IMG/VR virus record: IMGVR_UViG_3300032295_000198
Coordinates: 1-30,676 of that record
Strand: one strand, 5' to 3'
DNA length: 30,676 nt
From: a virus
Lineage: Duplodnaviria > Caudoviricetes
Below, one piece after another: positions 1 through 8,710 of the stretch. A program made the position numbers and the translations under genes. The notes below the pieces were generated by a model, which was given only the letters and a program-made list of their open reading frames with translations, was not told where the DNA came from and searched no databases. Positions within the stretch are counted from its first letter, which is position 1, and each line of letters starts with the position of its first letter.

Positions 1-176
1 CTCATCAGCTAGCATTTATCCACGACGAACTACAGTGGGAATGCCTACCAGCATATGCAGAGGATCTCAAGGAACACCTAGAGATGTGTGCTGCATTAGC
101 TGGTGAATACTATAATCTCCGTATCCCTATCGCTGCCGAGGGTAAGATCGGATCCACTTGGGCAGATGTACACTGA
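1..176 (+). CDS. DNA polymerase family A (T7 gp5-like), C-terminal fragment
   Basis: Manual translation from position 3: HQLAFIHDELQWEC...YYNLRIPIAAEGKIGSTWADVH*. Contains PolA motif C (HDE) and the typical GxxWAxxH end; lies upstream of the exonuclease. Confidence 0.93.
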   Translation, partial: HQLAFIHDELQWECLPAYAEDLKEHLEMCAALAGEYYNLRIPIAAEGKIGSTWADVH

Positions 177-322
177 TGACTGATCTAGAGAAAGAACTCT
201 ATTTTGTCGTCTCGGAGTGGTGGGATGACGTATTCTCCACAGCCGTAAGAGAAGGCAGGGTAGATGATATACAAAAACTTGTAAAACAAATCCTTGAAGT
301 AAAAAATGGCAGTAAAATCTAA
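176..322 (+). CDS. small hypothetical protein (48 aa)
   Basis: ATG overlaps the polymerase stop (TGATG). MTDLEKELYFVVSEWWDDVFSTAVREGRVDDIQKLVKQILEVKNGSKI*; fills the gap in an otherwise gap-free operon. Confidence 0.6.
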   Translation: MTDLEKELYFVVSEWWDDVFSTAVREGRVDDIQKLVKQILEVKNGSKI

Positions 323-443
323 AACCGCACTGGGACGTGTAGAGTTCAAGTCCCGTGCCAAATATAAACGTACTCGTCAAGGTAATGGCACTCGATCACT
401 ACCCTCTCACGGACGTAAGCTTCGTCGAGGTCAAGGTAAGTGA
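306..443 (+). CDS. small basic Arg/Lys-rich protein (45 aa)
   Basis: MAVKSKTALGRVEFKSRAKYKRTRQGNGTRSLPSHGRKLRRGQGK*; stop overlaps the exonuclease GTG (GTGA). Resembles RGQGK-ending small proteins of cyanophages. Confidence 0.7.
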   Translation: MAVKSKTALGRVEFKSRAKYKRTRQGNGTRSLPSHGRKLRRGQGK

Positions 444-1207
444 GTCTACTTATTGATGCTGACTTTATTGTCTATAAATGCTGTGCCGGAGCTGAAACAG
501 AAATTGACTTTGGAGAAGACCTTATCGTCGTCACCTCCAACTTCAAAGAGGCATACGAGTATGTCGAGCGAGAGTTATACAACATCGCAAATGACCTTGG
601 ATGTTTCGATGACTCTATTCTTTTCTTTTCTGATAGTGTCAACTTTCGTAAGAGTATTGATCCAGCATATAAAGGACATCGAAACCGAAAGAAACCGTGT
701 GGCTACAAAAGGGTCATCAACAAACTCAAGGAGGAGTACAACGTTGTTGTGATGCCTACCTTAGAGGCTGATGACGCCCTTGGTATCTACGCCACTAAAG
801 AGCCCGGACACATCATTTGCAGCCCCGACAAGGACATGCGACAGATCCCTGGGGACCTCTATGACCTCACTGATGGAGTGGTCACTGTAACGCCTGAGGA
901 GGGCCGCAGATGGCACCTCATCCAAACTATGTCAGGTGACCAAACTGATGGCTATGCTGGTGTACCTGGTATTGGTATCAAGCGTGCTGTTGCTCTCTTT
1001 GAAAAGGAAGGCTACACTTGGGACACAGTAGTTAAAGCATTTGCTGAGAAGGATCTTGGAGAAGATGTAGCTCTCATGAATGCACGCCTCGCTAAGATTC
1101 TACAATGTGATGACTATGATTTCACCAATCAAGAACCAAGACTTTGGACTCCCAGCACCAGTAGTGGAGCTGACAATGGAGCAGCAGTTCAAACTCAAAC
1201 AGATTGA
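440..1207 (+). CDS. 5'-3' exonuclease (T7 gp6-like)
   Basis: Motifs LLIDAD, FRK..PAYKGHR, LEADD, SPDKD, GDQTDGYAGVPGIG; position after the polymerase. Confidence 0.95.
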   Translation: MSLLIDADFIVYKCCAGAETEIDFGEDLIVVTSNFKEAYEYVERELYNIANDLGCFDDSILFFSDSVNFRKSIDPAYKGHRNRKKPCGYKRVINKLKEEYNVVVMPTLEADDALGIYATKEPGHIICSPDKDMRQIPGDLYDLTDGVVTVTPEEGRRWHLIQTMSGDQTDGYAGVPGIGIKRAVALFEKEGYTWDTVVKAFAEKDLGEDVALMNARLAKILQCDDYDFTNQEPRLWTPSTSSGADNGAAVQTQTD

Positions 1208-1403
1208 GAATGCACTGCGTAATCCTGAGACAAAGCTAGAGGATGTTATTACTATCTTCATGGCTTTACAACGTCAAAACTTTACTCTCTGCAATACCGT
1301 ATCTAACTTAGTTAAGAAATGGCCGACTCCAGTTCCACAGGCCCCGAATACTACAGCCGGGGAAACATCCAAGTCTGGGATTTCATTCGAGACCAAGGAC
1401 TGA
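1110..1403 (+). CDS. nblA: NblA-like phycobilisome degradation adaptor, overlapping the exonuclease 3' end (start uncertain: 1080/1110/1116/1176)
   Basis: Core LTMEQQFKLKQIENAL...VITIFMALQRQNFTLCNTVSNLVKKW fits the NblA pattern (LSLEQQF...two helices...W). nblA overlapping the exonuclease is known in T7-like cyanophages. Confidence 0.8.
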   Translation: MTMISPIKNQDFGLPAPVVELTMEQQFKLKQIENALRNPETKLEDVITIFMALQRQNFTLCNTVSNLVKKWPTPVPQAPNTTAGETSKSGISFETKD

Positions 1404-1612
1404 ACTTCCATCTTGGCAATGCCATCAAATACATCTGCCGTGCTGGTTATAAAGACAGCAAAGTAGAAGATCTTCAAAAAGCAATCCACTATCTTCAAAA
1501 TGAGCTTGAAAGCATTACCCCAACAGCAAGCACAGGAGTTCCGGGCTGGTTTCCAAGTAACGAACAGTACGAGTCCAGCTTCACGGACTATGCAGCGGAC
1601 TTTGATCGTTGA
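1319..1612 (+). CDS. DUF3310 / T7 gp1.7-like protein (putative nucleotide kinase domain)
   Basis: PEYY.RG.IQVWDFI...FHLGNAIKYICRAGYK...EDLQKAIHYL signature. Confidence 0.82.
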   Translation: MADSSSTGPEYYSRGNIQVWDFIRDQGLNFHLGNAIKYICRAGYKDSKVEDLQKAIHYLQNELESITPTASTGVPGWFPSNEQYESSFTDYAADFDR

Positions 1613-1883
1613 GGAGTTCAAAGAGTTCCTAGATGCTGAGAACCAACTCATCAAGGGCTTCGTAGTTAATGCTACCGATACCCTTAAAGAGTTAGCTGAT
1701 CTTGTCTATGTCTGCTATCAATATGCAGAGAACCTAGGATGGGATCTAGATGAAGCACTATACCGTGTCCACCAAAGCAACATGAGTAAGCTTGGTGAAG
1801 ACGGTAAGCCTATCTACCGAGAGGATGGTAAAGTCCTCAAGGGTCCTAATTATCAACCACCAAACCTTAGCGATCTTGTCTAA
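1500..1883 (+). CDS. MazG-like / PRA-PH family NTP pyrophosphohydrolase
   Basis: LIVEEFKEF...KELADLVYV...VHQSNMSKL..DGKP.YREDGKVLKGPNY motifs. Confidence 0.85.
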   Translation: MSLKALPQQQAQEFRAGFQVTNSTSPASRTMQRTLIVEEFKEFLDAENQLIKGFVVNATDTLKELADLVYVCYQYAENLGWDLDEALYRVHQSNMSKLGEDGKPIYREDGKVLKGPNYQPPNLSDLV

Positions 1884-1884
1884 T

Positions 1885-3264
1885 ATGTCCACTGATCTTA
1901 TTGCCCGTACTGGGCGTGTTCAATCCTGGATCGATGATCCTACCTCACGACTGCCTGTGTCGTGTACAGTATTTGTTGTAGAGGACACTATGGAGGGTCC
2001 CAATGGAATCGAAGCATCTTGGCGATTTGTGTCGCACGCTCTTCGCTATGGAGCGGGAGTTGCAGTCCATCTATCTAAACTCCGGGCACGAGGAGAGGAG
2101 AATAGTAAGGGCTTGGTTGCATCAGGTCCCGTATCTTTTGCCAAGATCTACTCGACCTTGAACGAAATCCTTCGACGCGGGGGTGTTTATAAAAATGGAG
2201 CTGTGGTACTACACCTTGATCTCAGTCATCCTGATGTGCTTGAGTTTATCACTGCTAGCCGTAGTGAGCTACCTTGGGTTAAGCGTTGCGTCAACATTAA
2301 CCAACATTGGTGGGATGATGCGACCCAAGAAGTAAAGGATGCTCTCCTTGATGGTATCAAAAAGGGTGACATCTGGCTGAACAAAACAAAAGTAGACAAG
2401 AATGGAAATCGAATCAGGGGTAACGTTTGCCTGGAAGTATACCTCCCAAGCCGGGGTACCTGTCTACTTCAACATGTCAACCTCGGCGGATGTGAACTCA
2501 ATGACATTCAAGGTGCATTTATCCACGGAATGTCCGAACTGTGCAACCTACACGGCAAAACAAATGTTGGAGAAAGTGGAGAGTACCTACCTTCAGAGAC
2601 TGATCGCCAAGTCGGTCTCGGATTGCTGGGACTTGCCAACCTCCTCCGACGTTACAACGTAACCTATGAGACCTTCGGTAAGGCTCTCAAGGATATCAAT
2701 GATGGACAGATGGCACAGACCTCTGCCCATATCCTTGCAGCTGAACTGAATGCTGGTATTACTGCAGCAGCCGCATCAGCTCGCATCCATAAGATGGACC
2801 GAGCGTTTGCTATTGCACCTACTGCCTCCTGCAGCTATCGTTATAAGGACTTGGATGGGTACACTACCTGTCCTGAGATTGCACCTCCTATTGCCCGCCA
2901 GGTAGACCGTGATAGCGGAACCTTCGGCGTCCAGAGCTTTGATTACGGTCCTGTTGAGATCGCATCAGAAGTTGGCTGGGAGAACTACAAGCGAGTGGCG
3001 GATGAGATTATCCGTATGCTTGATAAGACGGGACTTCTTCATGGGTACTCATTCAATAGCTGGTCTGATGTGATCACTTATGATGAGGCATTCATTGAGG
3101 AGTGGCTGGATAGCCCCCAAACATCTCTTTACTACTCACTCCAAGTGATGGGAGACGTTCAGGATAAATCCAGTGCCTATGCTGCCTTGGATGAAGCTGA
3201 AGTCGACGATTACCTGGAGTCTATTCTTAACGACCCTGCTCCTGATTGTAATTGCGGCGAATGA
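1885..3264 (+). CDS. nrdA: ribonucleotide reductase large subunit, compact cyanopodovirus type
   Basis: PVSCT, GNVCLE (NxCxE), APTASCS, SLYY and C-terminal CNC. ATG 1885 directly follows the previous stop; followed by a ferritin-like small subunit. Confidence 0.88.
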   Translation: MSTDLIARTGRVQSWIDDPTSRLPVSCTVFVVEDTMEGPNGIEASWRFVSHALRYGAGVAVHLSKLRARGEENSKGLVASGPVSFAKIYSTLNEILRRGGVYKNGAVVLHLDLSHPDVLEFITASRSELPWVKRCVNINQHWWDDATQEVKDALLDGIKKGDIWLNKTKVDKNGNRIRGNVCLEVYLPSRGTCLLQHVNLGGCELNDIQGAFIHGMSELCNLHGKTNVGESGEYLPSETDRQVGLGLLGLANLLRRYNVTYETFGKALKDINDGQMAQTSAHILAAELNAGITAAAASARIHKMDRAFAIAPTASCSYRYKDLDGYTTCPEIAPPIARQVDRDSGTFGVQSFDYGPVEIASEVGWENYKRVADEIIRMLDKTGLLHGYSFNSWSDVITYDEAFIEEWLDSPQTSLYYSLQVMGDVQDKSSAYAALDEAEVDDYLESILNDPAPDCNCGE

Positions 3265-3971
3265 ACCCTTATCAAAAACTACAAAATCGTAAACGTACCT
3301 GGACTCCGGTACAGACCACAGCTGGTACATTGAATGAAGGCTCTGAAGAAACCATCTACCGTGCCCTCGCTATGCGACACATGGAACTCCCCGTTGGTAG
3401 CTTCATTCAAGATGCCCTTAGTGAAATTCCAGCTCTATCGGCAGACCTGCTTAAATCTAATGTCAAGGACGAAGAGAACCACGACCTGGCTCTCGGTTAC
3501 ATCGCCAATGCTTTGGGTGTTGACGAAACTGCTGAAGCCGAAGCAAAGCGCCTTAGGGATGCTTGGGAAGCGCATCCTGATCACACAGTACTCAAGGCAC
3601 TGGTTGCCGAGCGTGCGATTTTCTTCGTACTACTCCCCTTCTTCCGCTTTAATGGTGACGCTGGTCTCAGAACCGTAAGTGCTGACATCAGTCGTGATGA
3701 ACAGGTTCACGTAGCAGCTAACAGCCTTGTGTGTAAGGAGCTAGGGTTGGAGATCAGCCCTTCTCTTGATAAGCTGCGTAAGGCTACTATTAACTGGGTT
3801 ATGACACCTTTAAAAGCGTCTACCAACAAATATCTAGACAAAAAATTTTGGCTGGATGCTAGCGATCGCTTGATGTATGAAGGCAAGGCTCCAGAGCTTT
3901 CTGATACAAAGCGAGCACGTATGCCTGCTTTCTTTGAACATGCGAACCCCAATCTACCCCAGTATGCTTGA
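3261..3971 (+). CDS. nrdB: ribonucleotide reductase small (ferritin-like) subunit
   Basis: Two DExxH motifs (DEENH, DEQVH) plus HMEL and VAER glutamates; ATGA overlap with the alpha stop. Confidence 0.8.
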   Translation: MNPYQKLQNRKRTWTPVQTTAGTLNEGSEETIYRALAMRHMELPVGSFIQDALSEIPALSADLLKSNVKDEENHDLALGYIANALGVDETAEAEAKRLRDAWEAHPDHTVLKALVAERAIFFVLLPFFRFNGDAGLRTVSADISRDEQVHVAANSLVCKELGLEISPSLDKLRKATINWVMTPLKASTNKYLDKKFWLDASDRLMYEGKAPELSDTKRARMPAFFEHANPNLPQYA

Positions 3972-4137
3972 GACCCAAGGTCTCCAGCTTACCTCTCTTC
4001 TCCAACAACTAGAAGAAAACTTCCCACCACTTAATCCCCACCCGGATGACTCACACTCATTAATTATGTACCGCTCTGGCCAACGTTCTGTGGTCGAGTG
4101 GATTCAACACCAACTCAACGAAGAGAACAATGGCTAA
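3940..4137 (+). CDS. conserved small T7-like cyanophage protein (start 3940 or 3964)
   Basis: LEENFPP.NPHP....IMYRSGQRSVVEWI motif, typical of the gene between RNR and the virion module. Confidence 0.7.
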   Translation: MRTPIYPSMLETQGLQLTSLLQQLEENFPPLNPHPDDSHSLIMYRSGQRSVVEWIQHQLNEENNG

Positions 4138-5878
4138 TAAAAAGTCAGACCCAACTCCGGCATCTAAGAAGGAAGCTACCAAGCAAGCTCCAACTCCCAT
4201 GCCTAAGCAAGAGGCTAAGCAAGAGGCTAAGCAAGAGGCACGTCAAGAAGCCAAGCAAGAGGCTAAACAAGAGGCACGTCAAGAGGCTAAGCAAGCCATA
4301 CAGTCTGGCACCTTTGGAAAAGACGATATTAAAGCACTGCGTATTGCTGACGTCAAACCTAGTGTCATTCAAAACCTCAGAGAAGCTGCTAAGGAACCAG
4401 CTCCAGCACCAACACCAGCTAAGGTAACAGCTCCAGCACCAACACCAGTTCGAGCAGCAGCTCCAACTCCAGCTCCTATGCCTAAACAAGAGGCCAAACA
4501 AGAGGCTAAGCAAGCTATACAGTTAGGCACCTTTGGAAAGGATGACGTTCAAGCACTTCGTGCTGCTGACGTTAAGCCTAGTGTCATTCAAAACCTCAGA
4601 GAAGCTGCTAAGGAACCAGCTCCAGCTAGAGTAGCAGCTACCGCCCCAACTCCTATGCCTAAACAAGAGGCTAAGCAAGAGGCACGCCAAGCAGTACAGT
4701 CAGGAACCTTTGGTAAGGATGACGTTCAAGCACTACGTGCCGCTGATGTTAAACCTAGTGTTATCCAGAATCTTAGAGAGGCTGCTAAGGAACAAACCCC
4801 GGATCGAGTGACAACTCCAGCTCTTAATCCTAGGCAAGAAACTCAACAAGAGACACGTCAAGAGACACGTCAAGAGACACGTCAAGAAACTCCTAGGCAA
4901 GAGACACGTCAAGAAACTCCTAGGCAAGAAGCTAAGCAAGATGCACGTCAAGCAGTAGAGTCAGGAACCTTTGGAAAAGACGACATTAAAGCACTACGTG
5001 ATGCTGGCGTCAAACCTGAAGTTATCCAGAATCTTAGAGAAACTGCTAAGGAACAATCTCCAGTTCAATCAGAAGAACCTACAGGACTTATAACTATTAA
5101 GGACGCTTCTCGCCTTGGCGAAGCAATACGTATTGCCGGTGAGGGCGGTATTACTAAAGGTGAGCTAAACCAAATCACTAAGCAGTTTGATGTATCAGGA
5201 GCTGATGTTATCAAAAGGCTTGATATTATAAACACCAAGCTGAAGGATAATGACCTCCAAGGTATTGGCCTTAACTCTGGTGCAGCTAACATGCTTATCA
5301 GACAACAAGATAAGGAGTCACCTACAGGGTATGAGGCATTCCTGAATAGGCAAGGTGACTCTCTCTACGGCACTGGTAAAATTGCAACGGAACTACAAAA
5401 TAGATTTAGTCGTCCTGAGTCTGAAGAAGGAAGCGGAGTTGTAGGTCCTAGCCTTGTCACCAAAGGTGAGGCTATCAAACCCGGTGGTGGTCTAGTCAAT
5501 CAAGGTTTTGGTAAGCAGTACGAAGTACCTGAGCGCCTGGGCGGGATGCCTAAAACCACTGATACTGTTACTGCTCCTACCATTACTCCTACCGTTGATA
5601 CTACCACTGCTCCTACCACTGCTCCTACCACTACCCCTACCGTTGATACTACCACTGATCTTACTCCTCCTGCTAACATTAGTTCTATCCTTACTCCTAT
5701 TAGCGAAACTGAAACTGGACCTGCAACTGATCTAAGTATTAAAGGTGCATTCAGTGCTGGAGGAGTAGGTAATATAAGATTGGGTAAACAAAAAGGTAAA
5801 GGTAGGAAAGGTATGACGAAAACACGAGTAAATCCTAATAGATCTATGCCTAAACTAAACAATATCGGTATGCGATAA
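4130..5878 (+). CDS. 582-aa repeat-rich putative virion protein (gp6.7/gp7.3 position)
   Basis: Long ORF abutting the portal. KQEA/RQET repeats, four GTFGKDD modules, PA- and TP-rich linkers, basic C-terminus. Confidence 0.75.
   Translation: MANKKSDPTPASKKEATKQAPTPMPKQEAKQEAKQEARQEAKQEAKQEARQEAKQAIQSGTFGKDDIKALRIADVKPSVIQNLREAAKEPAPAPTPAKVTAPAPTPVRAAAPTPAPMPKQEAKQEAKQAIQLGTFGKDDVQALRAADVKPSVIQNLREAAKEPAPARVAATAPTPMPKQEAKQEARQAVQSGTFGKDDVQALRAADVKPSVIQNLREAAKEQTPDRVTTPALNPRQETQQETRQETRQETRQETPRQETRQETPRQEAKQDARQAVESGTFGKDDIKALRDAGVKPEVIQNLRETAKEQSPVQSEEPTGLITIKDASRLGEAIRIAGEGGITKGELNQITKQFDVSGADVIKRLDIINTKLKDNDLQGIGLNSGAANMLIRQQDKESPTGYEAFLNRQGDSLYGTGKIATELQNRFSRPESEEGSGVVGPSLVTKGEAIKPGGGLVNQGFGKQYEVPERLGGMPKTTDTVTAPTITPTVDTTTAPTTAPTTTPTVDTTTDLTPPANISSILTPISETETGPATDLSIKGAFSAGGVGNIRLGKQKGKGRKGMTKTRVNPNRSMPKLNNIGMR
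4200..5057 (+). repeat. intragenic repeats: 12-nt units (CAAGAGGCTAAG, CAAGAGACACGT) and four copies of a ~110-nt module
   Basis: Module copies start near 4292, 4511, 4688 and 4949 (CAAGC..TACAGTC.GG.ACCTTTGG.AA.GA.GAC...GCTAAGGAAC). Confidence 0.92.
5555..5670 (+). repeat. Thr/Pro-coding tandem repeats
   Basis: CCTACCGTTGATACTACCACTG occurs twice and ACCACTGCTCCT occurs in tandem. Confidence 0.8.
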
Positions 5879-7504
5879 ATGGCAGCTAAATCAAGATACG
5901 ATTATCTAAGTAAGTATCGTACCACATTCCTAGACACAGCTGTTCAGTGCTCTCAGTTGACGTTACCTACTCTTATCCAACAGGATGATGACGTAGGTCG
6001 GTCAACTAATCTTAGGTTGATTACACCATGGCAAAGTGTTGGCGCTAAGGGAGTTGTGACTCTGGCATCTAAATTGATGCTAGCTCTTCTACCTCCCCAA
6101 ACCAGCTTCTTTAAGCTACAGATCGATGATACAAAGATCGGTGTAGATCTACCAGCAGAGGCACGGTCAGACCTTGATATCTCTTTCGCTAAGATGGAGA
6201 GGTCTGTCATGGAAATCATTGCAGCATCAAGTGATCGCGTTACCGTACACCAAGCTCTTAAGCATCTGGTAGTAGGCGGTAACGCACTGATCTACATGGG
6301 TCCTAAGGGACTTAAGCTGTATCCATTGAATCGCTATGTCGTAGATCGAGATGGTAACGGTGAGATCCTAGAGATCGTCACACGAGAACGTATTAGTCGC
6401 AAACTACTTGCACCTATCCTCACTGCTAGTCTTCCTGTTAACCCACCGGGTCAGTTAGATTCAGAGAACGATGAAGATGTAGATATTTACACACATGTTA
6501 GACGAGATAACAACCGTCTTGTCTGGCATCAGGAAGTATTTGATAAGATCATCCCTGGCTCTCAAGGTAAGGCACCATTGGATGCTAACCCTTGGTTGGT
6601 GCTCAGGTTTAATGTAGTAGATGGTGAATCATTCGGACGTGGTAGGGTCGAGGAGTTCCTCGGTGACCTACGCTCCCTAGAGGCTCTCATGCAAGCACTC
6701 GTAGAGGGCTCTGCAGTCGCCGCTAAGGTGGTCTTTACTGTTTCCCCCTCTAGTACTACTAAACCTCAGACACTCTCGGCTGCGGGGAACGGAGCCATCA
6801 TTCAGGGGCGTCCCGATGACATCTCTGTTGTACAAGTTGGTAAGACAGCTGACTTCAAGACTGCTATGGAGATGGCTAGTGTGCTAGAGCGTAGGTTGAG
6901 TGAAGCATTCCTCATCCTTAATGTACGCAACAGTGAGCGCACTACTGCTGAGGAAGTACGCATGACTCAGATGGAACTAGAGCAACAACTCGGTGGCCTA
7001 TTCTCGCTGCTGACTGTTGAGTTCCTTGTTCCCTATTTGAACCGCAAGCTCTCTGTACTGCAGAAGACACAAGAGATCCCACGTATCCCTAAGGATCTTG
7101 TACGTCCTACTATTGTTGCTGGTATCAATGCACTTGGTAGAGGACAAGATAGGGAATCACTAACTCAGTTCTTTACTACTATTGCTCAGACCTTAGGACC
7201 TGAAGCATTGATGACTTATGTTAATGTAGATGAGGCAGTGAAGCGTCTTGCTGCTGCTCAAGGCATTGATGTACTCAACCTTGTTAAGTCCGTAAGTCAG
7301 ATCCAACAAGAGCAAGGTGATCAACAAGAACAAGCTATGCAGATGGAGCAAATTAAGCAAGCTCCTAACATGGCTAAGGCTCCTATACTGGATCCAACTA
7401 AAAATCCACAACTAATGAATCAACTCAATGGACAAACAAACACCAACGAGAACCCGGAAATCGAGCAAACCGCAAACATCCCCGGAGGAAGTCCCTTCGG
7501 TTGA
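5879..7504 (+). CDS. portal (head-tail connector, gp8)
   Basis: PWQSVGAKGVVTLASKLMLALLPP..SFF, FGRGRVEE, ERTTAEEVR, INALGRGQD motifs. Confidence 0.97.
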   Translation: MAAKSRYDYLSKYRTTFLDTAVQCSQLTLPTLIQQDDDVGRSTNLRLITPWQSVGAKGVVTLASKLMLALLPPQTSFFKLQIDDTKIGVDLPAEARSDLDISFAKMERSVMEIIAASSDRVTVHQALKHLVVGGNALIYMGPKGLKLYPLNRYVVDRDGNGEILEIVTRERISRKLLAPILTASLPVNPPGQLDSENDEDVDIYTHVRRDNNRLVWHQEVFDKIIPGSQGKAPLDANPWLVLRFNVVDGESFGRGRVEEFLGDLRSLEALMQALVEGSAVAAKVVFTVSPSSTTKPQTLSAAGNGAIIQGRPDDISVVQVGKTADFKTAMEMASVLERRLSEAFLILNVRNSERTTAEEVRMTQMELEQQLGGLFSLLTVEFLVPYLNRKLSVLQKTQEIPRIPKDLVRPTIVAGINALGRGQDRESLTQFFTTIAQTLGPEALMTYVNVDEAVKRLAAAQGIDVLNLVKSVSQIQQEQGDQQEQAMQMEQIKQAPNMAKAPILDPTKNPQLMNQLNGQTNTNENPEIEQTANIPGGSPFG

Positions 7505-7661
7505 CCCAGTTGATGATCAAACCAATCAAGAACCTACGCCTCATATGAAGCGTACTAAGATTGGTGAACCCACCATCGGTCGTTCCCCCGATTTTGTAAA
7601 GACAGTAGGTCTTGGAAATCTAACCGTTATCACAGCAAATGGCAAACGAAATTACACTTAA
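7428..7661 (+). CDS. small hypothetical protein bridging portal and scaffold
   Basis: 77-aa ORF overlapping both neighbours and covering 7505-7638; ends in a KIGEP.IG...VGLGNLTV pattern. Confidence 0.6.
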   Translation: MDKQTPTRTRKSSKPQTSPEEVPSVDPVDDQTNQEPTPHMKRTKIGEPTIGRSPDFVKTVGLGNLTVITANGKRNYT

Positions 7662-8397
7662 TCCGTATGAGCAAGTAGAGGGTGAACTCTCTACTGAAGA
7701 GCTTGATTCCCTGGAAGTTGGTGAACGTCTAGCTGAGCAAGAGAACGAACTGCTGGCTGGTAAGTACCGATCAGCAGAAGAGTTAGAGCGTGGTTACCTT
7801 GAGCTACAAAAGCGCCTCAGTGGTAAAGAAGAACCTGAGGTAGAGAAAGCACCACAACAAGAGGAGGAGGTACCTACCGAAGATACAGGCGAGCTGTATG
7901 ATGTTATCTTGGAGTCCTACCGTACTGGTGAGTGGACATCTGAAGTTGTTAATTATGTGGAGGGTATGCACCCTGTTGATGTAGCTAACATGTTCCTTAG
8001 TAATCAACAGGCTCCACAACAAAGTACTCCTCAAGCTACAGAGGCTGACATTGAACAGATCCAACAAGCAGTTGGTGGCTCTGATGAATACCAGAGCATG
8101 ATTCAGTGGGCTGGTCAGAACCTCTCTGAACAAGAGGTAGCAATGTATGATACAGTGATGGATCGTGGTGATCCTATTGCTATGTTCTTTGCTGCTCAGG
8201 CTCTCAATGCACGCTACCAAGATGCTGTAGGGTATGATGGTGAGATGCTTACCGGTAGTGCTCCACGCAATACTGGTGATGCCTTCCGTTCTCAAGCTGA
8301 GTTGGTTGCAGCGATGAGTGATCCTCGTTACGATAAGGATCCTGCCTATCGTGCTGATGTAGCAGACAAGCTTGAACGATCCAACATTCAATTTTGA
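7639..8397 (+). CDS. capsid assembly scaffolding protein (gp9)
   Basis: Acidic; LLAGKY.SAEELE.GY.ELQK and FRSQAELVAAMSDPRYDKDPAYR motifs. Confidence 0.95.
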   Translation: MANEITLNPYEQVEGELSTEELDSLEVGERLAEQENELLAGKYRSAEELERGYLELQKRLSGKEEPEVEKAPQQEEEVPTEDTGELYDVILESYRTGEWTSEVVNYVEGMHPVDVANMFLSNQQAPQQSTPQATEADIEQIQQAVGGSDEYQSMIQWAGQNLSEQEVAMYDTVMDRGDPIAMFFAAQALNARYQDAVGYDGEMLTGSAPRNTGDAFRSQAELVAAMSDPRYDKDPAYRADVADKLERSNIQF

Positions 8398-8570
8398 TGA
8401 ACGACACTAACATCTTCGCTAAAGAACCCACCATGTACACTGACGAATCCTACACTGTGCCTCATAACGAACGTGCTGAACTCCTCAACGGTCGCCTTGC
8501 TATGCTTGGCTTCGTGGCTGCTGTTGGCGCTTATATCGTAACTGGTCAAATCATTCCTGGAGTATTCTAA
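8397..8570 (+). CDS. hli: high-light inducible protein (57 aa)
   Basis: Not in the ORF track. [14 protein letters not shown]...[31 protein letters not shown]; carries the ExxNGRxAMxG and TGQIIPG motifs. Confidence 0.96.
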   Translation: MNDTNIFAKEPTMYTDESYTVPHNERAELLNGRLAMLGFVAAVGAYIVTGQIIPGVF

Positions 8571-8710
8571 TGCCTCTCAAGAAAGGCTCATCTGATAAGA
8601 CTGTCTCTGCTAACATCCGCAAGATGAAAGCAGAAGGTTATCCTCAAAAGCAAGCTGTTGCTGCTGCACTTAATAGTGCTGGTAAGTCCAAACCCAAGAA
8701 GAAAAAGTAA
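8570..8710 (+). CDS. Lys-rich microprotein (46 aa)
   Basis: [46 protein letters not shown]; TAATG coupling at both ends. Confidence 0.8.
   Translation: MPLKKGSSDKTVSANIRKMKAEGYPQKQAVAAALNSAGKSKPKKKK

Noticed and set aside
1885-3264. Class II (B12-dependent) RNR call
   Set aside because: The coupled ferritin-like gene with two ExxH motifs supports class I.
3862-3869. HIP1 octamer GCGATCGC
   Set aside because: A single noticed occurrence within a gene is compatible with chance.
4200-5057. Spaced repeats resembling a CRISPR array
   Set aside because: Units are codon multiples inside an open frame, vary synonymously, and the spacers are themselves repetitive; no cas genes.
4098-5735. Alternative-frame ORFs 4098-4427, 4145-4513 and 5508-5735 with poly-Leu or KRLS repeats
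   Set aside because: By-products of the tandem repeats in the 582-aa gene.
7804-8391. 195-aa antisense ORF opposite the scaffold, and other minus-strand ORFs
   Set aside because: Shadow frames of well-supported genes, with no motifs.
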